NCBI GenBank assembly: GCA_977017645.1
Contig: OZ360235.1
Coordinates: forward strand, 18,104,001 to 18,168,000
Direction of reading: 5' to 3'
Length of the DNA stretch: 64,000 bases
Source: Torpedo marmorata
Lineage: Eukaryota
Shown: in pieces, positions 1 through 12,814 of the stretch
Layout of the letters: each line of letters opens with the position of its first letter
Numbering within the stretch: the first letter of the stretch is position 1
Position numbers and translations under genes: made by a program
The notes under the pieces: generated by a model
Told to the model about the DNA's origin: nothing
Database searches by the model: none
The model's input: the letters and a program-made list of their open reading frames with translations, nothing else

Positions 1-323
1 GTGCTCTGGTGAGATAATTATTTCCAACTCAAAGACAGCCTCTATCTAGGTACTTTCTGATTTTAAAACCTTTATGGTTTGCACGGTTCAGCACTTTTGC
101 TTCTTATTTGTACACCCAAAGTTGTGAGTAATGTTAGCAACTATTTGAAATAAATTTTCCCATTCTTTTGTTCTTTAGCCAATTAATTTGCTTCAAATTC
201 TATTGGCTGTTTTTATTCTCATTTTTAAAAATTACTGTACATAATATTTCATTTCCATTGCTCCTTATTAACATCAATTTGGAAAATCTATTTGTTACAG
301 TAGAAAAAGAATGGTTAAAGAAT

Positions 324-497
324 GGGCGGCATGGTTAGCGTAGCGGTTAGCACAACGCTGTTACAGCGCCAGCGACCGGGGTTCAAATCCAGCACTGATT
401 GTAAGGAGTTTGTATGTTCTCCCCGTGTTTACGTGGGTGCCCTCCCACCCTTCAAAAAAACATATCAGGGTTTCAGGTTAATTGGGTGTGATTGAGC
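324..497 (+). mobile_element. tRNA-derived V-SINE (HE1-like)
   Basis: Pol III A box (TAGCGTAGCGG) and B box (GGTTCAAATCC), followed by the V-domain core GGAGTTTGTATGTTCTCCCCGTG..GTGGGT. Confidence 0.75.
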
Positions 498-1833
498 GAT
501 TTTAGTTTTATAACAATTGGTCTGATACTTTAAAACTGCACGGTGAATATATTGCTTCTCATCAAATAGAGCAGTTGAAGCAATATGACAAGTACAGTAG
601 TAACCATATCCTACTGGAGTAATGGGAGATCTTCACCCAGTTAAAATTTCAAACCTGGAGGCAGGTTTCCTGAAAGCGATAGAGATCCTGAAGCTATTTA
701 AATACACCTATATAAATTGTATTCAGTGAAATTGCAAATTCGTGCAGTGAGCTGTGTATCGTGAGAATGTTTTATTTTATTACATACAAAATTTAGTAGA
801 AATTTCTTCCATCACCCAAAGACAGATATATTTTTACATTAACCCCAAGGGTAAAAGGACCTGACTTGTATTTATTACAAAACCATATCTCATCTTCTAG
901 CTTAACAAAAATGTTTTCCATGCATTGTTTGATCTTGTACTTTTTACATAGGTGAATAAGATAGCTGTTTAGTGTCATGCACTGCAGGATTTCACCTACA
1001 GTGATGAGGTGTACTGCCAAAGGTGATTAAAGAACACAGAAGCCAGGATACAGAAATAACTCACTGATTCTGTATAAATTGGCACCGTGTTCCCAATCCT
1101 CTTGATGAACACTTTGGACTTCCATTTGACGTATCTGATGCAGGACCCACTGTATTTAGAATGGCACCCTAGATTATTTCCAAATATTAGTTTGCTATTT
1201 AAATCTGTATCTTTGCTTCTTAATGAAAAGAGGGCCATAAAGTGAGCATAATCATGTTCAGAACCAAATGGAAAAAATTAATAAATAAGCATTGCTCATT
1301 ATTAATTGTTCGAGGGCATGATGTGATGTATTAAATTGGCGGAAAAGGATGCTTTACCTTTAAGATGTGGGCTCTCTTACCTAGTTTAAATTTATAGGGT
1401 TTTCTATTTTCCAAGATAAATATTTGATAAATTCCTGGTGTTTCCATTCATGCAGTTAGAATATAATTCTGTCATTGTTTAAAATCTTCAGGGTTTAACT
1501 TAGAACTGATGCTGATAGAGATCCTTATTATGCTTTATATAAGATGAAGGGTTTACACTAAAATGTTTATCTCTTAGCATTGAGCACCATGCTGCATTAA
1601 CTGTGTACGCCTGCACCCTAGTTGTCTGAAGCTGTCCTTAGACAATGACGAAAAAGGAAGAGTACGTCAGGAAACTATTCATAAAACTAATTGAAAATGT
1701 TAATCTTTAAAAATGAGAAATGTACAGCATATGCTCTTCGGTTAAAATATCTTTTAGTTAAATGGTAATATTATGTTTTGCAATGTGTTTATCAGCAGAC
1801 CATTGTTGATGACATGTTATTCTATTTATCCAG

Positions 1834-4800
1834 TTAATTTTCCTGGCCAGAAGTGTGCACTTGCAGGCACTAGAGGAGGTGGAGAGAAAAAGAATAAGTC
1901 TGGCACATCAGGTAGTACTAATGCAGGCAACTCTGAAACTCCACAAGGCAGAAGAAGATCAATGCGCATCAGCAAAGCAGAAAACTTGGACAAATCTGCC
2001 AGCTCATCTCAGAGGCCTCAGTCGAGCTCGGGTACATCCATTTCAAAAGCATCTCTGGAATGTGCACAAACTCCACCCAAGAAGGGTGGAAAGCAAAAGA
2101 CCAAGAGGAAATTGGAGAATGAGCAAAGTAAAATTCCCTCTGATAAAAAGAAAACCAGAGTTACCCGTAGTTCCTTCAAAAAATCTGAATCCAGTAGTTC
2201 TGACCCAAATGATAGCCCTTTTGTCGGTGAAACTGAACCTCAACCTTGTACACCTGTCTCCAATGACAAGCAGGTAACAAATTTGGATAATACTAATCCA
2301 AGCCATTTATCAGCTAATGGCTGTAGTGAAACCATTACTTCAATAGAAAAGGGTAAAGAGGAAGAAGTCATTGAAAAAGAGAGCAGTCATGCAGAGAATA
2401 CAAACCCATGTGTTGAGGAAAAGGACTGTACACCAATTATTGACCCAGTTAACAGTGAAGACTCAGGAAATTCCAATGTTCCACCATCTACTGATGACAA
2501 AAGTTTTATGGAACTTAACTCAGGAAACTCAGAAGCAGAACAGAGTGAAAAAGAAATCGTTAAAATCGAACAGTGTGATTTGAAAGATGAAATGTATTCT
2601 CTCAATGCAGATGTGCCCTGTGGCAGTGTGCCTAATTGTGATAAAGATATTGGTCCCACAAGATATTCTGAAAATCCATCAAATGAAGATTGTGACATGG
2701 TAAAAATTGAGGCACAAGATCAATATTCTGAAGAATATAAAGAGACAGAATTTACAGAGAACATGAAAAGTCCTGAACAGATACCTGCATGTGTTGGTAT
2801 TAATGAAGAGCAATCGACTGCTGAGAGTACAGGAATACATGTTGATGGTACCCTCTCCAAGAGGAAAATGTCATTGGATGGTGCTGATGCTGAGCATCCT
2901 AACACAGCTGAATGTGCAGAGGCTAAGGGTGATCCAGGTGAGGAAGAGCATACACCTGGCTATGAAAGTGTTATTGATACAGAGTTATCCCTTGGAATTC
3001 CTGGAAAAATCACACCTAGCAGTGACCTGGGACACGAAATATCTTTGGAGAATATTAAACCTGAACAGCTTAATAATGCGGGAACTCTAGAAATTTTAGG
3101 TGCTGAGAAGGAATCTGATTGTAGAAGTATCATTAGCCAGCAGAATGCTGAGACGCCTGGAACATGTGTGGAAGATAACAGTCTGGCGCACGAAATCACC
3201 CCAGAGAATCCAGAACCGGAGCAGTGTGCCATGGGTTCAATGAAAGCTGCAAATGAATTGGAACCTGTGACTGATTGTAAAATTGGTATTTGTCAGCAGA
3301 TGTTAATCGAAAACGGTCAGGGGGTCGTGGAGAATGTCAGCTTGAAGTCTGAAATAGGCTCCAGCAATGTTGGACCTCAAATAGAGACAGAGCTGGATGG
3401 AGATTTAAGTAATTGTAATCCAGCATCTGACCCTCAAAGTGGTTTTGGTCAGCAGTCAACTGATGAAAATCCTGGAAAAGCTACAGAGGCTGAATGCCCA
3501 AAAATGGAAACCTCTTCAGATGCACTGAGCCATATTACCGTTACCACAGAGAGATGTGAAGATGAAAAGGCTAAAACTGAGTTGTTTACTGATAAGATCA
3601 GCAGTAGTGGACCTGAGGACTTTAATATAGATAACACTGAGGTAGTAGCTATGGAATGTGATTCGCCTGACCACCCAATGCCTGAAACCGAACCTGAATC
3701 TCAAAATAAATCAAAACAAAGTGAAGAAGTAAATTCTACTTTATCCTTTGGATCAAGTCACGAGCAAATGCAACTAGATGTCTCTATTGAAAATATCAAT
3801 AAGGAAGGACCTCCTGAAATTGAACTTGAGAAAAAGTCGGAACAGAAAGAAAAAGACGTTCCACGTCGCAAATCGAGGTTTCACGCAGCATCCACAACTT
3901 GGTCTCCTGAAAGGGAAAGAAAACGTGATCCCAGGAGATCTAGATCAAAGTCACAGGGTAAAACCATGCCCGCGGGTGAAGAAAAATCCATGCCCACACC
4001 TGAAGGAAGCTCTGGCCCCAAATCACAGGGTAGATCCAGATCACGTGGAAGATCCAGCTCCAAGTCGAGGGTAAGGTCCAGGTCACGAGGCAGGTCTAGG
4101 TCCAGGTCGCGGGGAAGATCTAGATCCAGAACACGGAGAAGGTCCAGGTCGCGTTCACAGAAAAGGTCCAGATCCAGGTCATGGGGAAAAGACCATCAAA
4201 GTCACTTGGACCGACCTGTGCATGAACGAATTCGTTCATTTGGTGATGACGGTGACCGAAACATCCAAACATCTCCATCTTGCAGGAAGAGATCCAGGTC
4301 GCTAAGTAAAGAGAGAGGCAAGGAAGAGCCTCCAAGTGAAAGCGGGAAGAGGGAATTGGAAACAGACAGAGGAAGAAAAGGAAGGCTGCGTTCTAGATCG
4401 AGGTCTAGATCCAGAAAAAGATACTATTCTGGAGACAAAGAGGATAAGCCTGGTTTTTCGCCGGGCAGAAGAGACGGAAATATGGATGACAGCTGGAGAA
4501 ATGCTCGAGGAAAGGATAGATACAGAATGAATGATTGGGACAGACCACGGGGATTTGATCGATTCAGAAAAGATAATTGGAATAGAGAATTTCAGCAAAT
4601 GAATAGATACCCAAATGAGCAATCAGCTGTGGACACAAATGAGTATAATGATGACAGGAACCCTGATTGGGTAATGGAACAAATACAGCCATCGCCTGAT
4701 GTTCGTTTGAGAGAAAACGAATACAGGAATGATGCCAAATGGGAAGAAAATAGATATGAAAGAGATGATTCGTGGGCTAATCTGAACTTTTTCTCTGGCT

Positions 4801-5157
4801 GGAAGCGTGGTCGTGGACGTTTTCGGGGAGGACCATTTCGTGGTGACCAAAGTGAAATTCCGTGGCAAAACCGAAGGTCGAATTTCTCTGGCGAGCAGAA
4901 TAATTCAGGGAAATACCAGGGCACTGGAACCCGCAGGTATAATGACCATCAACCTAACAGATGGAGAGGTGATTCAAATCCATCTTCTGACGTCCATGAC
5001 CGTTCTGGATGGTCTTCTTTCTCGAGTTGGAATGCGAGGAAAACTCTGCCCGCCGATGTCCAAAATTATTATGCAAATAGGGGAAGGCAGGCTTCAGGCA
5101 CACAGTCAAGCTGGCAGGGATCAGAGGAAGAACAGTTCCAGCCTTCATCGGAGCAAG
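1834..5157 (+). CDS. SCAF11: SCAF11 large internal exon (acidic region, RS domain, RG-rich region)
   Basis: Within ORF 1773-5249. Motifs AMECDS, RRKSRFHAASTTWSP, RS repeats and DRSGWSSFSSWNARKTLPADVQNYY match vertebrate SCAF11. Acceptor ttatccag at 1833 (alternative same-phase acceptor ttgcag at 1866); donor AG|gtttgt; phase 1-1. Confidence 0.93.
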
Positions 5158-5204
5158 GTTTGTATTTTTGCACTTACTTCCTTTTTATAAAAACATTTTT
5201 AGAA

Positions 5205-5395
5205 GAGAGTCTCGATCTTTTCGACAGAATCTTCCATCTGTTTCCCTAACAATGAATCCCCTGTCACTATCATTCTTCTCCTCTCTATCCGTCCATTCTG
5301 AACCACATAAACAGACTCTGTGCCAGAGACCTGGCTGCTGCGGCTTTTCCCTGGTAGGTCGTTTCCCCCCGAGCAGTATCCAAAATGGTATACCA
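5205..5395 (-). mobile_element. CR1 LINE ORF1 fragment (esterase start), 3' half of a copy split by a Rex1 insertion
   Basis: Reverse complement aligns by eye to 55558-55750 of the long CR1 in this window; continues at 7141. Confidence 0.75.
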
Positions 5396-7140
5396 GAATC
5401 AAAATTTATTGTCATGATCAAGTCATGAAATTTGGTGTTTTGCGGCGGCATCATATTGCAAACATTTATATTATAACCATCTTACGACATTACTATAAGA
5501 AATGTATAAATAATAGTGCACGAAAAGTAAGGCATTGTCTTTGGTTCATTGATTATTCAGGAATCTGATGGCAGCTGGGAAGAAGCTGTCATTGTACCGT
5601 TGAGTGCTCGACTTTAGGCTCCTTTACCTTTTTCCTGATGGTAGCAGAGTGAAGAGGGCATGGCCTGGGTGGTGGGAGACTTTGAGGACAGAGGCTGCTT
5701 TTCTTAAGACACCGCCTCGTGTAGATGTCCTCGATGGAGTGAAGTCTGGTGCCTGTGATGTCACGGGCCGCATTAACAAACCTCTGGAGTTTATTCTTGT
5801 CCTGAGAGTTGGCGCCTCCATACCAGGCAGTGATGCAACCAGCCAGAATGCTCTCCACGGTACACCTGTAGATGTTTACGAGAGTCTTCGGTGACATACC
5901 GAATCTCCTCAGACACCTCACAAAGTATATCCGCTGGTGAGCCTTCTTTGTGATTGCATCAACGTGGAGGCTCCAGGATAGATCCTCGGAGATGTTGACA
6001 CCCAGAAATTTGAAGTTCTTGACCCTCTCCACTACTGAGCCCTCGATGAGCACTGGGTCGTGTTCCCCTGACTTCCTCCTGAAGTCCACAATCATCTCCT
6101 TGGTTTTGGTGACGTTGAGCACAAGGTTGTTGTCGTTACACCACTCAACAAGCTGATCTATCTCCCTCCTGTACGCTTCCTCATTGGCGTTTGTGATTCT
6201 GCCGACAACTGTGGTGTCATTGGCAAACTTGTAGATGGCATTGGAATTGTGCCTGGCCACACAGTCATGGGTGTATAACGAGTAGAGCAGTGGGCTAAGC
6301 ACGCATCCTTGAGGTGCGCCTGTGTTGATAATCAGTGAGGAGGAGACGTTGTTCCAATTCGTACTGACTGTGGTCTTCCGATGAGAAAGTCAAGGATCCA
6401 GTTGCAGAGGGGGGGTACAGAGGCCTCGAGTTTGTAGCTTCTTGACCAGCACTGAGGGAATAATGGTATTGAAGGCCGAGCTGTAGTCGATGAAGAGCAG
6501 CCGTATGTATGAATTGCTGTTTTCGAGGTGATCCAGAGCTGAGTGGAGAGCCAGCGATATTGCATCTGCTGTGGAGCGATTGTGACGATAGGCGAATTGC
6601 AGTGGGTCCAGATCTTTGCTTAGGTATGTGTTAATTCTGGCCATGACCAGCCTCTCAAAGCATTTCATCACAGTAGAAGTTAGTGCTACTGGGCGGTAGT
6701 CGTTGAGGCAGCTCACACTACTCTTCTTGGGTACCGGGTTGATTAATGCCCTTTTGAAGCAGGTGGGAACCTCTGACTGCCGCAATGAGAGGTTGAAAAT
6801 GTCCGTGAACACTCCGGCTAGTTGGTTGGCGCAGACTTTCAGTACCCTGCCAGGTACGCCGTCAGGGCCTGATGCCTTGCGAGGGTTCACCCTCTTGAAT
6901 GATGTTCTGACGTTGCCCTCAGAGACAGGTATCACAGGGTCCTCAGCCTTTTCAGGGATTCTAGTGGGCACTGTTTTGTTCTTCTCAAAGCGGGCATAGA
7001 AGGTGGTCAGCTCATCGGGTAGTGAAGCATCACAGCCGTCTGTAGTGTTCGCCCTCGCTTTGTAGGCTGTAATGGCCTGCACTCGCTGCCATAGCTGGTG
7101 TGTATCTGTCTCTGTCTCTAGCTTTCTCCGGAATTGCCAC
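5396..7140 (-). mobile_element. Rex1/Babar LINE, 5'-truncated, frameshifted RT with 3' tail
   Basis: ORFs 6390-7082 and 5589-6302: LNDYRPVALTSTVMKCFERLV, DPLQFAYRHNRSTADAI, LFIDYSSAFNTI, LSPLLYSLYTHDC, KFANDTTVVG; tail ...catgacaataaattttgattctg. Confidence 0.9.
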
Positions 7141-7410
7141 TTTATTGAGGGGAAAACTCCACAGGGCTACTCTGCACTGACTGCCTCTTCCCTTTCCCTC
7201 TCCTGAAAGTCACCCAGCCACCTGCCTCCTAGGTGTGACTGCCTCCCTGTAACTCATGTCTTATCACCCCATCAGATCCCCCGAATGACCCGGAGTTCAT
7301 CCAGCTCCAGTTCCCGAACGTGGTCTGTAAAGAGCTGCAGTTGGACAAACTCCATAACATTCAGGAGGCTGAGGGGGTGATAGACAAGAGTTACAGAGAA
7401 GCAGTCGCAT
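7141..7410. mobile_element. Two CR1 ORF1 fragments joined in opposite orientation (- strand 7141-7346, + strand about 7332-7410)
   Basis: Minus strand reads VQLQLFTDHVRELELDELRVIR; plus strand reads ELQLDKLHNIQEAEGVIDKSYREAV; both match the CR1 ORF1 coiled coil at 55340-55455. Confidence 0.7.
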
Positions 7411-7755
7411 GTAGGAGCAGGAGTGTTTCTTGCAAAGTCAATCCTGCTGTTGATGTTGGGACAGTGGATTTGTCGTGCATGGGACAAACACAGGTTAGAT
7501 GAGCCAAATGGCCATACGTGCCATGATAATTCTGTGATTGCGTTTCAAATGTTTAAAGGGAGTTAATATAAAGAATTAACCGATAGTACATTAGAACATT
7601 TCTCCTTACCTCTAAGGGGTACGGTTTGGGTCTAATTCAAAAGATGCCCAGATTGATGGGATGATAGTTATACATGCAACAATCAAACAACAACTTGAAT
7701 TTAAGTGACATAGTAAAGACATCACAAATACACAGTGCATCGAATGGTGCTGTGT

Positions 7756-8070
7756 TAGAACATAAAATGTGTAGCAGTACAGCACAGGATCAGGTCCTTC
7801 TGCCTAAAATGTCTCTGCCATCCATGATGCCAATTTAAAATGCTCATCTGCCTGCATGTGGTCGAAATTGCTACATTCCCTGCCTGTTCGTGTGCCTGTA
7901 TAAATACCTCTTAAATGTTGCAATCATATCTGCTTCAACCATTTCCCCGGCAATGTATTCCACTTTCCACATTCCAGGTACCTATCGATTTCCACATTCC
8001 AGGTATATACCTGTACCACTTTCATGTCGCTGTTCTAAATTTCTACCTGAGGCATTCTGATCCATTCCTT
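7756..8070 (-). mobile_element. Degraded CR1 3' end
   Basis: tagaacata..agtacagcacaggatcagg is the reverse complement of the CR1 3' tail seen at 59960-60010. Confidence 0.65.
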
Positions 8071-8098
8071 TATTGTGATAAATGAGGCATATGCTTTA

Positions 8099-8330
8099 CC
8101 ATACAAAGTCTGCTGGTTCTGTCACGTCCATACAAAGTCTGCTGGTTCTGTCACGTCCATACAAAGTCTGCTGGTTCTGTCACGTCCATACAAAGTCTGC
8201 TGGTTCTCTCACGTCCATACAAAGTCTGCTGGTTCTGTCACGTCCATACAAAGTCTGCTGGTTCTGTCACGTCCATACAAAGTCTGCTGGTTCTCTCACG
8301 TCCATACAAAGTCTGCTGGTTCTGTCACGT
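8099..8330. repeat. Minisatellite, 8 x 29 bp (CCATACAAAGTCTGCTGGTTCTGTCACGT)
   Basis: Eight near-perfect tandem copies, two with a G>C variant. Confidence 0.97.
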
Positions 8331-8801
8331 CGTTCACACAAACTGGACAATGTAATCTGCAGTCCTCACTCTTGAGTCATGTTTTATCCATGATTCAAAA
8401 CCACACCTCTCCATGGAGCTCCATCAAGCGTTATTGATCGCAAGGTCTCTGTGCCAGATTGCCTGGTTTCAGGCAGTCTATGAGCAAGAGTTTTGAGCTG
8501 GGAAGACTTGAGCACTCAGCTCTTTCATTTATCTGCACACAAGTTGTGTGATCTCCAGAGTGCATCCAGCCATTTCTTACTATTTCATACTTGCAGCAGC
8601 AGGATTTTACTTTTTCAATTGCTGGACTGTGCATATAATTTGCCTTTATGTATTGTTTATTTATTAAGTTGTTATAATATATGTTGAAAGTAATAGAGCA
8701 AACTGCTTGGATCAAGCGTCCCAATAAAATTTTACAGAATTCCTCAAAGCTCGTATCAGAAAATGTTTATGCCTGTATCTCCACTTTTTGTTATTTGGCA
8801 G

Positions 8802-9151
8802 ATTCGTCGCATGGGACATCAGCATTCAGCGACCAAGCAAATCAACAAATGAATGGCTCTCAGCAGCCTGTTAATATGATGCACCAGCCTGTTTTACCAC
8901 AACCACTGAATCCCCCACCCCAACCAATGAACGTCTTTCCGTATCCAATGAATGTCCATCCTCCCTTAATGCATTTCCATAATCCTTATATCCACCCTCC
9001 TCCTCCACTGAATGTGCATGCAGGAATCTCAGCAGTGCCGCCAACCGCTGCTGGCAATCTACCTAACAGTCCACCCCCTCCCCCACCTCCACCTCCGCCA
9101 TCCCAAGCAGTGAACTACCCAGTCCAACAGCTTGATCTGGCGCAGCCTCAG
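8802..9151 (+). CDS. SCAF11: SCAF11 proline-rich exon
   Basis: DQANQQMNGSQQPVNMM..QPMNVFPYP..PPPPPPPPPSQAVNY; acceptor ttggcag, donor CAG|gtaaga; phase 1-0. Confidence 0.93.
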
Positions 9152-9510
9152 GTAAGACCTTGGCCAGAAAAACAAATATGAAATTAATTTTGCTGTGTTC
9201 ATGTTTAGCAGGGAAGTGGTGAGAAAGTGTCCAGTCTGTTCTCACAGGAACTCTCATAGAACATTATAGCACAGTAACGGTTGGTTGTTTGGAGACTTGC
9301 ACTAAATATAGTATGTTCATTTGCACAGTTATAAAACTTTTATCCGGGAAATTGGTTCTTTTTCTAATGAACACATCTCTCAGAATAACCTTTACTTTGT
9401 GATATATTTCATATGTCACATTTAATGCAAACTTCTGTTCAAGGACATTACTATCTTCTAATCTAAGTGGTCTTCAAGCCAGGCTAAAATGTAAAAGTTG
9501 TTAATATATA

Positions 9511-9645
9511 AGAATTTATTGTCATGAACATGTCACGAAATTCATTGTTTTACGGCAGCATCACAGTGCAAACATTTATATAAACCACCTTACAAAATAA
9601 ATAAAAAATAGTGCAAGAAAAAGTTAAAAGTAAGGCAGTGTCTGT
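9511..9645 (-). mobile_element. Rex1/Babar 3' tail fragment
   Basis: Closely similar to 5400-5540. Confidence 0.75.
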
Positions 9646-9659
9646 GTAAAAAAACAAAA

Positions 9660-10250
9660 AAACAAAACACAAATGCTGGAGAAACTCAGCAGGTCAAACA
9701 GTGTCTTTTATGTAGCAAAGGTAGAAATACATAACCGACTTTTCAGGCTTGAGCCCTTCATCAAAGTATGAGAAAATGCTGGCAGGCGTCCGAACAAAAG
9801 AGTGAGCGGGGGAAGGGCAAAGGCAGGAGATGATAGGTGGAGAAAGGAGGGAGGGAACAGCAGCAAAGGGGGAGGAGGGATGGCTGGGTGGGTGGAAAAA
9901 AACAGGAAGGACAGGTAAGGGGGGAGGGGAAGGAAAAGGCAAGCAGGTTTAGTGGAAAGCAGAAAAGTCAATGTTAATGCCATCTGGCTGGAGAGTGCCC
10001 AGACGGAAAATAAGATGTTCCTCCAATTTGCGGGTAGTCTGGGTGGGATAGTACATAAAGCCATGGACAGACATGTGAGTGTGGGAGTGTGACTCAGAAT
10101 TGAAATGGTTGGCTACTGGGAGGTCGCTGTTGTTGCGGACGGAGAGGAGGTGCTCAGCGAAGCGATCTCCCAATCTACGTCCGGTCTCTCCGATGTAGAG
10201 AATGCCACAAAGAGAGCACCGGATGCAGTAAATAAGTTCTCTGGATGTAC
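9660..10250 (-). mobile_element. Penelope-like retroelement 3' fragment (GIY-YIG endonuclease and terminal repeat with hammerhead-like motif)
   Basis: Translates to LIYCIRCSLCGILYIGETGRRLGDRFAEH..LPVANHFNS..EEHLIFRLGTLQPDGIN; tail TTGATGAAGGGCTCAAGCCTGAAAAGTC. Confidence 0.88.
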
Positions 10251-10470
10251 ATTATTGTCACGTAATACTACATTTAGAATGTAACATACATGAAATTCTT
10301 TAATTTTTGTCTACCGTAAGGCAGACAGATGGTCGCTACTTTGTCCAGCGCCCCTCACAGAAACCTACAGCACCTGGTGTTCCTTGGTGGTCTCCCCTCC
10401 AAGTACTGACCAGTCCTGTGCCTGCTTAGCTTCCGAGATCAGACAATCCCAGTCGTATTCAGGCTATTGG
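10251..10470 (-). mobile_element. 5S rRNA-derived SINE (SINE3-like) or 5S pseudogene with LINE-like tail
   Basis: 10361-10465 reverse-complements to GTCTGATCTCGGAAGCTAAGCAGG..TGGTCAGTACTTGGAGGGGAGACC..GGTGCTGTAGGTTT (5S internal control region), followed by about 110 nt ending gtgacaataa. Confidence 0.85.
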
Positions 10471-10517
10471 TGATATTTTATACAGTACTTTCACTTAACT
10501 GCAAGTGACAGATAGTG

Positions 10518-12362
10518 TAGAACACAGAACAGTACAACACAGGAACAGGCCCTTTGACTCATGATATCTGCGCTGGCAATGAAGTCTAACTGATCCCATC
10601 AGACTGCACATGGTCCATATTCCTCTATTTCTTGCCTGTTCATGTGCCTGTCTATATGCCTCTTAATCTCTGCAATTATACCACCACTTCTGACAGTGTG
10701 TTCTAAGCACCTGCTACTCTTGTTTTAAATTTTTTTTTAATTGCCTCGCATATTTCTTTTAAACTGCCCCTCCGCCTATGCCCACCTTAAACTGCCCTCT
10801 AGTGTTTGACATTTCCTCCCTGGGGAAAAAAGATGGACTATATCCTATCTCTTCCTCTTATAAATGTATTTACTTCTTTTAGGTCCCCCCCTCGGCCTCC
10901 CGTGCTTTAGAGAAAACAATCCAAATTTGTCCAACCTCTCCTTACAGTTCAATCCAGACAATATCCTGGTTTACCTCATCTGCACCCTCTCCACATCCTT
11001 CCTATAGTACGGTGACCAGAAATGCACACAGTACTCCAAATGTGGCTTAACCAAAGGTGAACCTAGCTGCAACATGACTTGCCACCTTTTATATTCAGTG
11101 CCCTGAACATAGAACAGTACACCAGAGGAATAGACCCTTCACCCTACATATCTGTGCCAGCATGATGTCCATATCAGACAAAAACTCTGCTGCTTGCACT
11201 AAATGGATATCCCTCCATCCCCTTCATATTCATGTGCCCATCTAAAAATCTCTTAAATCCTACTATTGTAGCTGCTTCCACCACTACTCTTGGCAGCCCA
11301 TTATAGACACCTACCACTTTTTGTGTAAAATATTTTCTCCGCACATCTCCCTAAACTCCCTCCCCCTCACCTTAAATTCATGTCCTCTAGTGTGTGATGC
11401 TTTTGCTCTGGGGGAAAGATTCTGACTATCCACCCTATCAATGCGCCTCATGATTTTGTGCACCTCTATCAGGTTTCCTCTAGCCTCTAAAGCTCCAGAG
11501 AAAGCAACCCACGTTTGTCCATTCTCTCCCCATATCTTGCACTCTCTAAATCAGGCAACATCCTGGTAAACTTCTTCTGTACCCTTTCCAAAGCCTCCAC
11601 ATCCTTCTTGTAATGGGGCTACTAGAATTGTATACAGTATTCCAAGTGTGGCCAACCAAAGTTTTATATTGCTGTAACATGACCTCTTTTTGTACTAAAT
11701 GCCCTGCCTAATGAAGCCAAGAATACAATATGCCTTCTTTACTTGCGTGGCCTCTTTCAATGAGCTATGGACCTAGATGCCCAGATCCCTCTGTCCTTCA
11801 ATACTTTAGGAGCCTGAGCATTAACTGTATACATTGCTATTGCACTTGACCTCCCAAAGTGCAACACCTAACACTTGTCTGGATTAAACTCCATCTGCCA
11901 TTTCTCTGCCTATATCTGTAGCTGATCCATATCCTTGTATTATTGGTTAGCCCTATACACTGTCCACAATTCCACCAATATTTGTGTCATCTGCATGCTT
12001 ACTAATCCCCACCCTCCTACCTTTTCATTCGTCATTTGTATCTATCACAAACAACAGGAGTCCCAACACCGATTCCTATGGGACGCCACTGGTCCCAGAT
12101 CTCCAGTCTGAATATCAGCCATCCACCACTATCCTCTCTTCTAGGGGCTAGCCAACTTTGCATTCAAACTATCAGCTCACCATGGAAGCCATGCATCTAT
12201 CTGCACCTTCTGAATCAGCCTCCCTACCATGAGAGACCTGTCAAACACCAAATCCACCCCCTACCCTCATCAATCATCTTTATCACCTCAAAAAAAAAAC
12301 TCAAATTGGTAAGGCATGTCCTGCCTCTTGCAAAGCCATGATGATTGTTCCTAATGAGGCCC
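10518..12362 (-). mobile_element. Two adjacent degraded CR1 3' fragments (about 10518-11103 and 11104-12362)
   Basis: Two CR1 tails (agaacagtac..) and RT-end nucleotide motifs antisense to the 58700-60000 copy. Confidence 0.8.
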
Positions 12363-12814
12363 TTTAACTTGCTTCTAGACTTGTGGTACAAAATCCTTTC
12401 ACTTTAGAGTGTAAAGATATTTTTCCCTGAAGACATACCATTAAGTGATTTCTGAATTAACTGTACAATATATTTTGAAAAATGGTCATATCTTCAAAGC
12501 CAGAAATCCATCAGTGGTAATAAATATTTAAATACCGTAACTTTAGGGCTGCATTTTAAGCTCTGATCATCATTCAACATTGCATGCTTTCTTTAAACAT
12601 TGAGTTCCCCTCGTTAGACTGTTCTGCATTGCATCTGTCTGTAATTTGGAGTACAGCTTGCTGTAAAACCTGCCAGTTCATATTTGGGCATTTTCGTAAC
12701 AGGAAGACAAATGTTCACCTTTCAACTGTGCTGCTGTTGGATTTTTGGTGGTGATATTGACTCTGCTATTTTGAGTATCTGTGATAGCGCTGCTAAGCAT
12801 TGAAGAATAAATAA

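Noticed and set aside
540-1770. Additional upstream SCAF11 exon
   Set aside because: No reading frame with recognisable SCAF11 similarity and good splice sites
1855-5190. Many overlapping and antisense ORFs within the SCAF11 large exon
   Set aside because: Shadow frames of a long low-complexity coding exon with no recognisable domains
8099-8330. CRISPR-like 29-bp repeats, also the 31-bp array at 60364
   Set aside because: No unique spacers, no cas genes and a vertebrate intronic context; these are minisatellites
10361-10470. Functional 5S rRNA gene
   Set aside because: 5' part is diverged, it is a solitary copy, it lacks a proper oligo-T terminator and it is fused to a retroposon-like tail
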